A stretch of 63,998 bases of DNA, counting the filler, from Octopus bimaculoides (lineage: Eukaryota): NCBI RefSeq assembly GCF_001194135.2. It is 7 parts of 6 records of this genome, joined end to end, with 100 filler letters (N's around TTAATTAATTAA, not from the genome) between each part and the next. Parts side by side here need not be neighbours in the genome. Positions count along the whole stretch, not along the records: positions 62,789 to 63,998 come from NC_068982.1; 6 more parts are not named here. The stretch is one strand, 5' to 3'. The notes beneath the pieces were generated by a model. The model did not search any database. It was not told the origin of the DNA and saw nothing but the letters and a program-made list of their open reading frames with translations. Below, one piece after another: positions 62,689 through 63,998 of this stretch (position 1 is the first letter of the stretch; the number at the start of each line of letters is the position of its first letter). The position numbers and the translations under genes are program-made.

Positions 62689-63661
62689 NNNNNNNNNNNN
62701 NNNNNNNNNNNNNNNNNNNNNNNNNNNNNNNNTTAATTAATTAANNNNNNNNNNNNNNNNNNNNNNNNNNNNNNNNNNNNNNNNNNNNTATATATATATA
62801 TATATGTATAGCATGGAATCTTTAAAAGTACTGTGAATAAGTTTGAGACGTCGTGTTATAGCATAGGAATCAGACGTCAGGTTTGCTCATACTATACTTC
62901 AAATGCGCAAAAATGTCGATGAAATCATTCTCTCTGTTGATCGCTTATCGCATCGATATTGACAAGACAAAAAAGTATGGATGAGCATGCAGGAAGCAAA
63001 TTACAACGAAGTCGGACAACGTGTTTTTCTTTATAGGCATCAAACTGATTTCAGCTCTAACTTTATACATAGGGGAATTAATACTCTTCACAAAGCATTT
63101 AAAAACAGACCACTTTTTTCTTGTGCATTAAAGGCTTGTACAAATTAAACATATCTTTTAAAGGCATCCTGATATGTACTTCATAAAAAAGTCCGTCTTT
63201 TATCTCTGTCACATTCACACTGGGAGTACTGTTTTTAGAAATAAACTTGAAATGGTGCTACCCATTGTGTTAAAAAATATTTCATTAAACCAAATTTAGA
63301 CGAGGCACAAATATCTCCTTCCTGAAATATCTGACCAAATCCAATGCATGCAAAGACATCTGCTCCATCACTCAGAGTAGAGCATATAAGAAAGACTAAA
63401 AGACTGGCTTACAATATCGAGGGTGGGATGAGAAAACAGCCCAAGCTAGGTTCTTCATAACAGTACTGACACGAAACTGAACATTAATTACATTGATCTA
63501 ACAATTTGGTAAGACTTGCTAATGTCAGAACGACACCTTTTATGTTGAATAAATTATAAAAAGTGTCGGGCTTATTGCTTCAAATATTGCATGTATTGTC
63601 TTTGTACACCCTTCAACCACTTTTCACTAAACAGCCAAATACTGTATCTACAAAAATGTTG

Positions 63662-63998
63662 TTATTATTATTATTATTATTATTTTATGTTTGACTTTTG
63701 TTTTGCATTTGTACAAGTTGGATCCAAGTCTCACCCAGAGACCTCAAGAGACAACAAGTTAGAAGTTCATGTAGGTGTTATGCCTAGGGTACCATATATT
63801 TGGATTTGTACAGTTTTGTTCAAGTGAATGTTTAAGAAACCATAAGAAAATTATGTTTGCTTTAAAATTTGAGATCACATAGACAGTATTTTACGTAGGA
63901 TATGGGCAGTTCCCATGAGCACTATCTTTTGGACTTCAGCCATTTTGGGGTTTCCTGGTATCTGAGCTAGGTAGTAATCAGCCCGTTTCGCTGTCATT
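63662..63998 (-). mobile_element. R4/Dong-like LINE extreme 3' end and UTR
   Basis: Minus translation ...YLAQIPGNP...IVLMGTAHILRKILSM*; (TAA)n tail at 63662. Confidence 0.8.

Overview
AT-rich, microsatellite-saturated metazoan genomic DNA with many N gaps. The SINE/LINE repertoire and TTAGGG repeats look like an octopus (coleoid cephalopod) draft assembly; this is inferred from sequence style, not from a database hit. The only protein-coding gene I can identify is a + strand CENPJ/CPAP/SAS-4 orthologue: 9 phase-compatible GT-AG exons from 497 to 15811 plus a putative 10th exon at 17610-17639. It starts upstream of the window, and its C-terminal TCP/G-box domain is not visible. Almost everything else is transposon-derived: four SINE-like families, RTE, R4/Dong-like and L1/Tx1-like LINE fragments, Tc1/mariner relics, and a nest of solo LTRs inside a ~400-bp inverted repeat. 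There is also a GGATC-terminated MITE family carrying telomeric-repeat palindromes. The most unusual items are that MITE family, a 28S rRNA fragment fused to a retroelement 3' tail inside a CENPJ intron, a twin-priming-type inverted RTE LINE, the triple solo-LTR nest, and the apparent early stop of CENPJ. Six TTAATTAATTAA linkers inside N runs are assembly joins, so order and distance across them are uncertain. I see no prokaryote-type system (CRISPR, operon). Family assignments and identity estimates are by eye and from recalled motifs.
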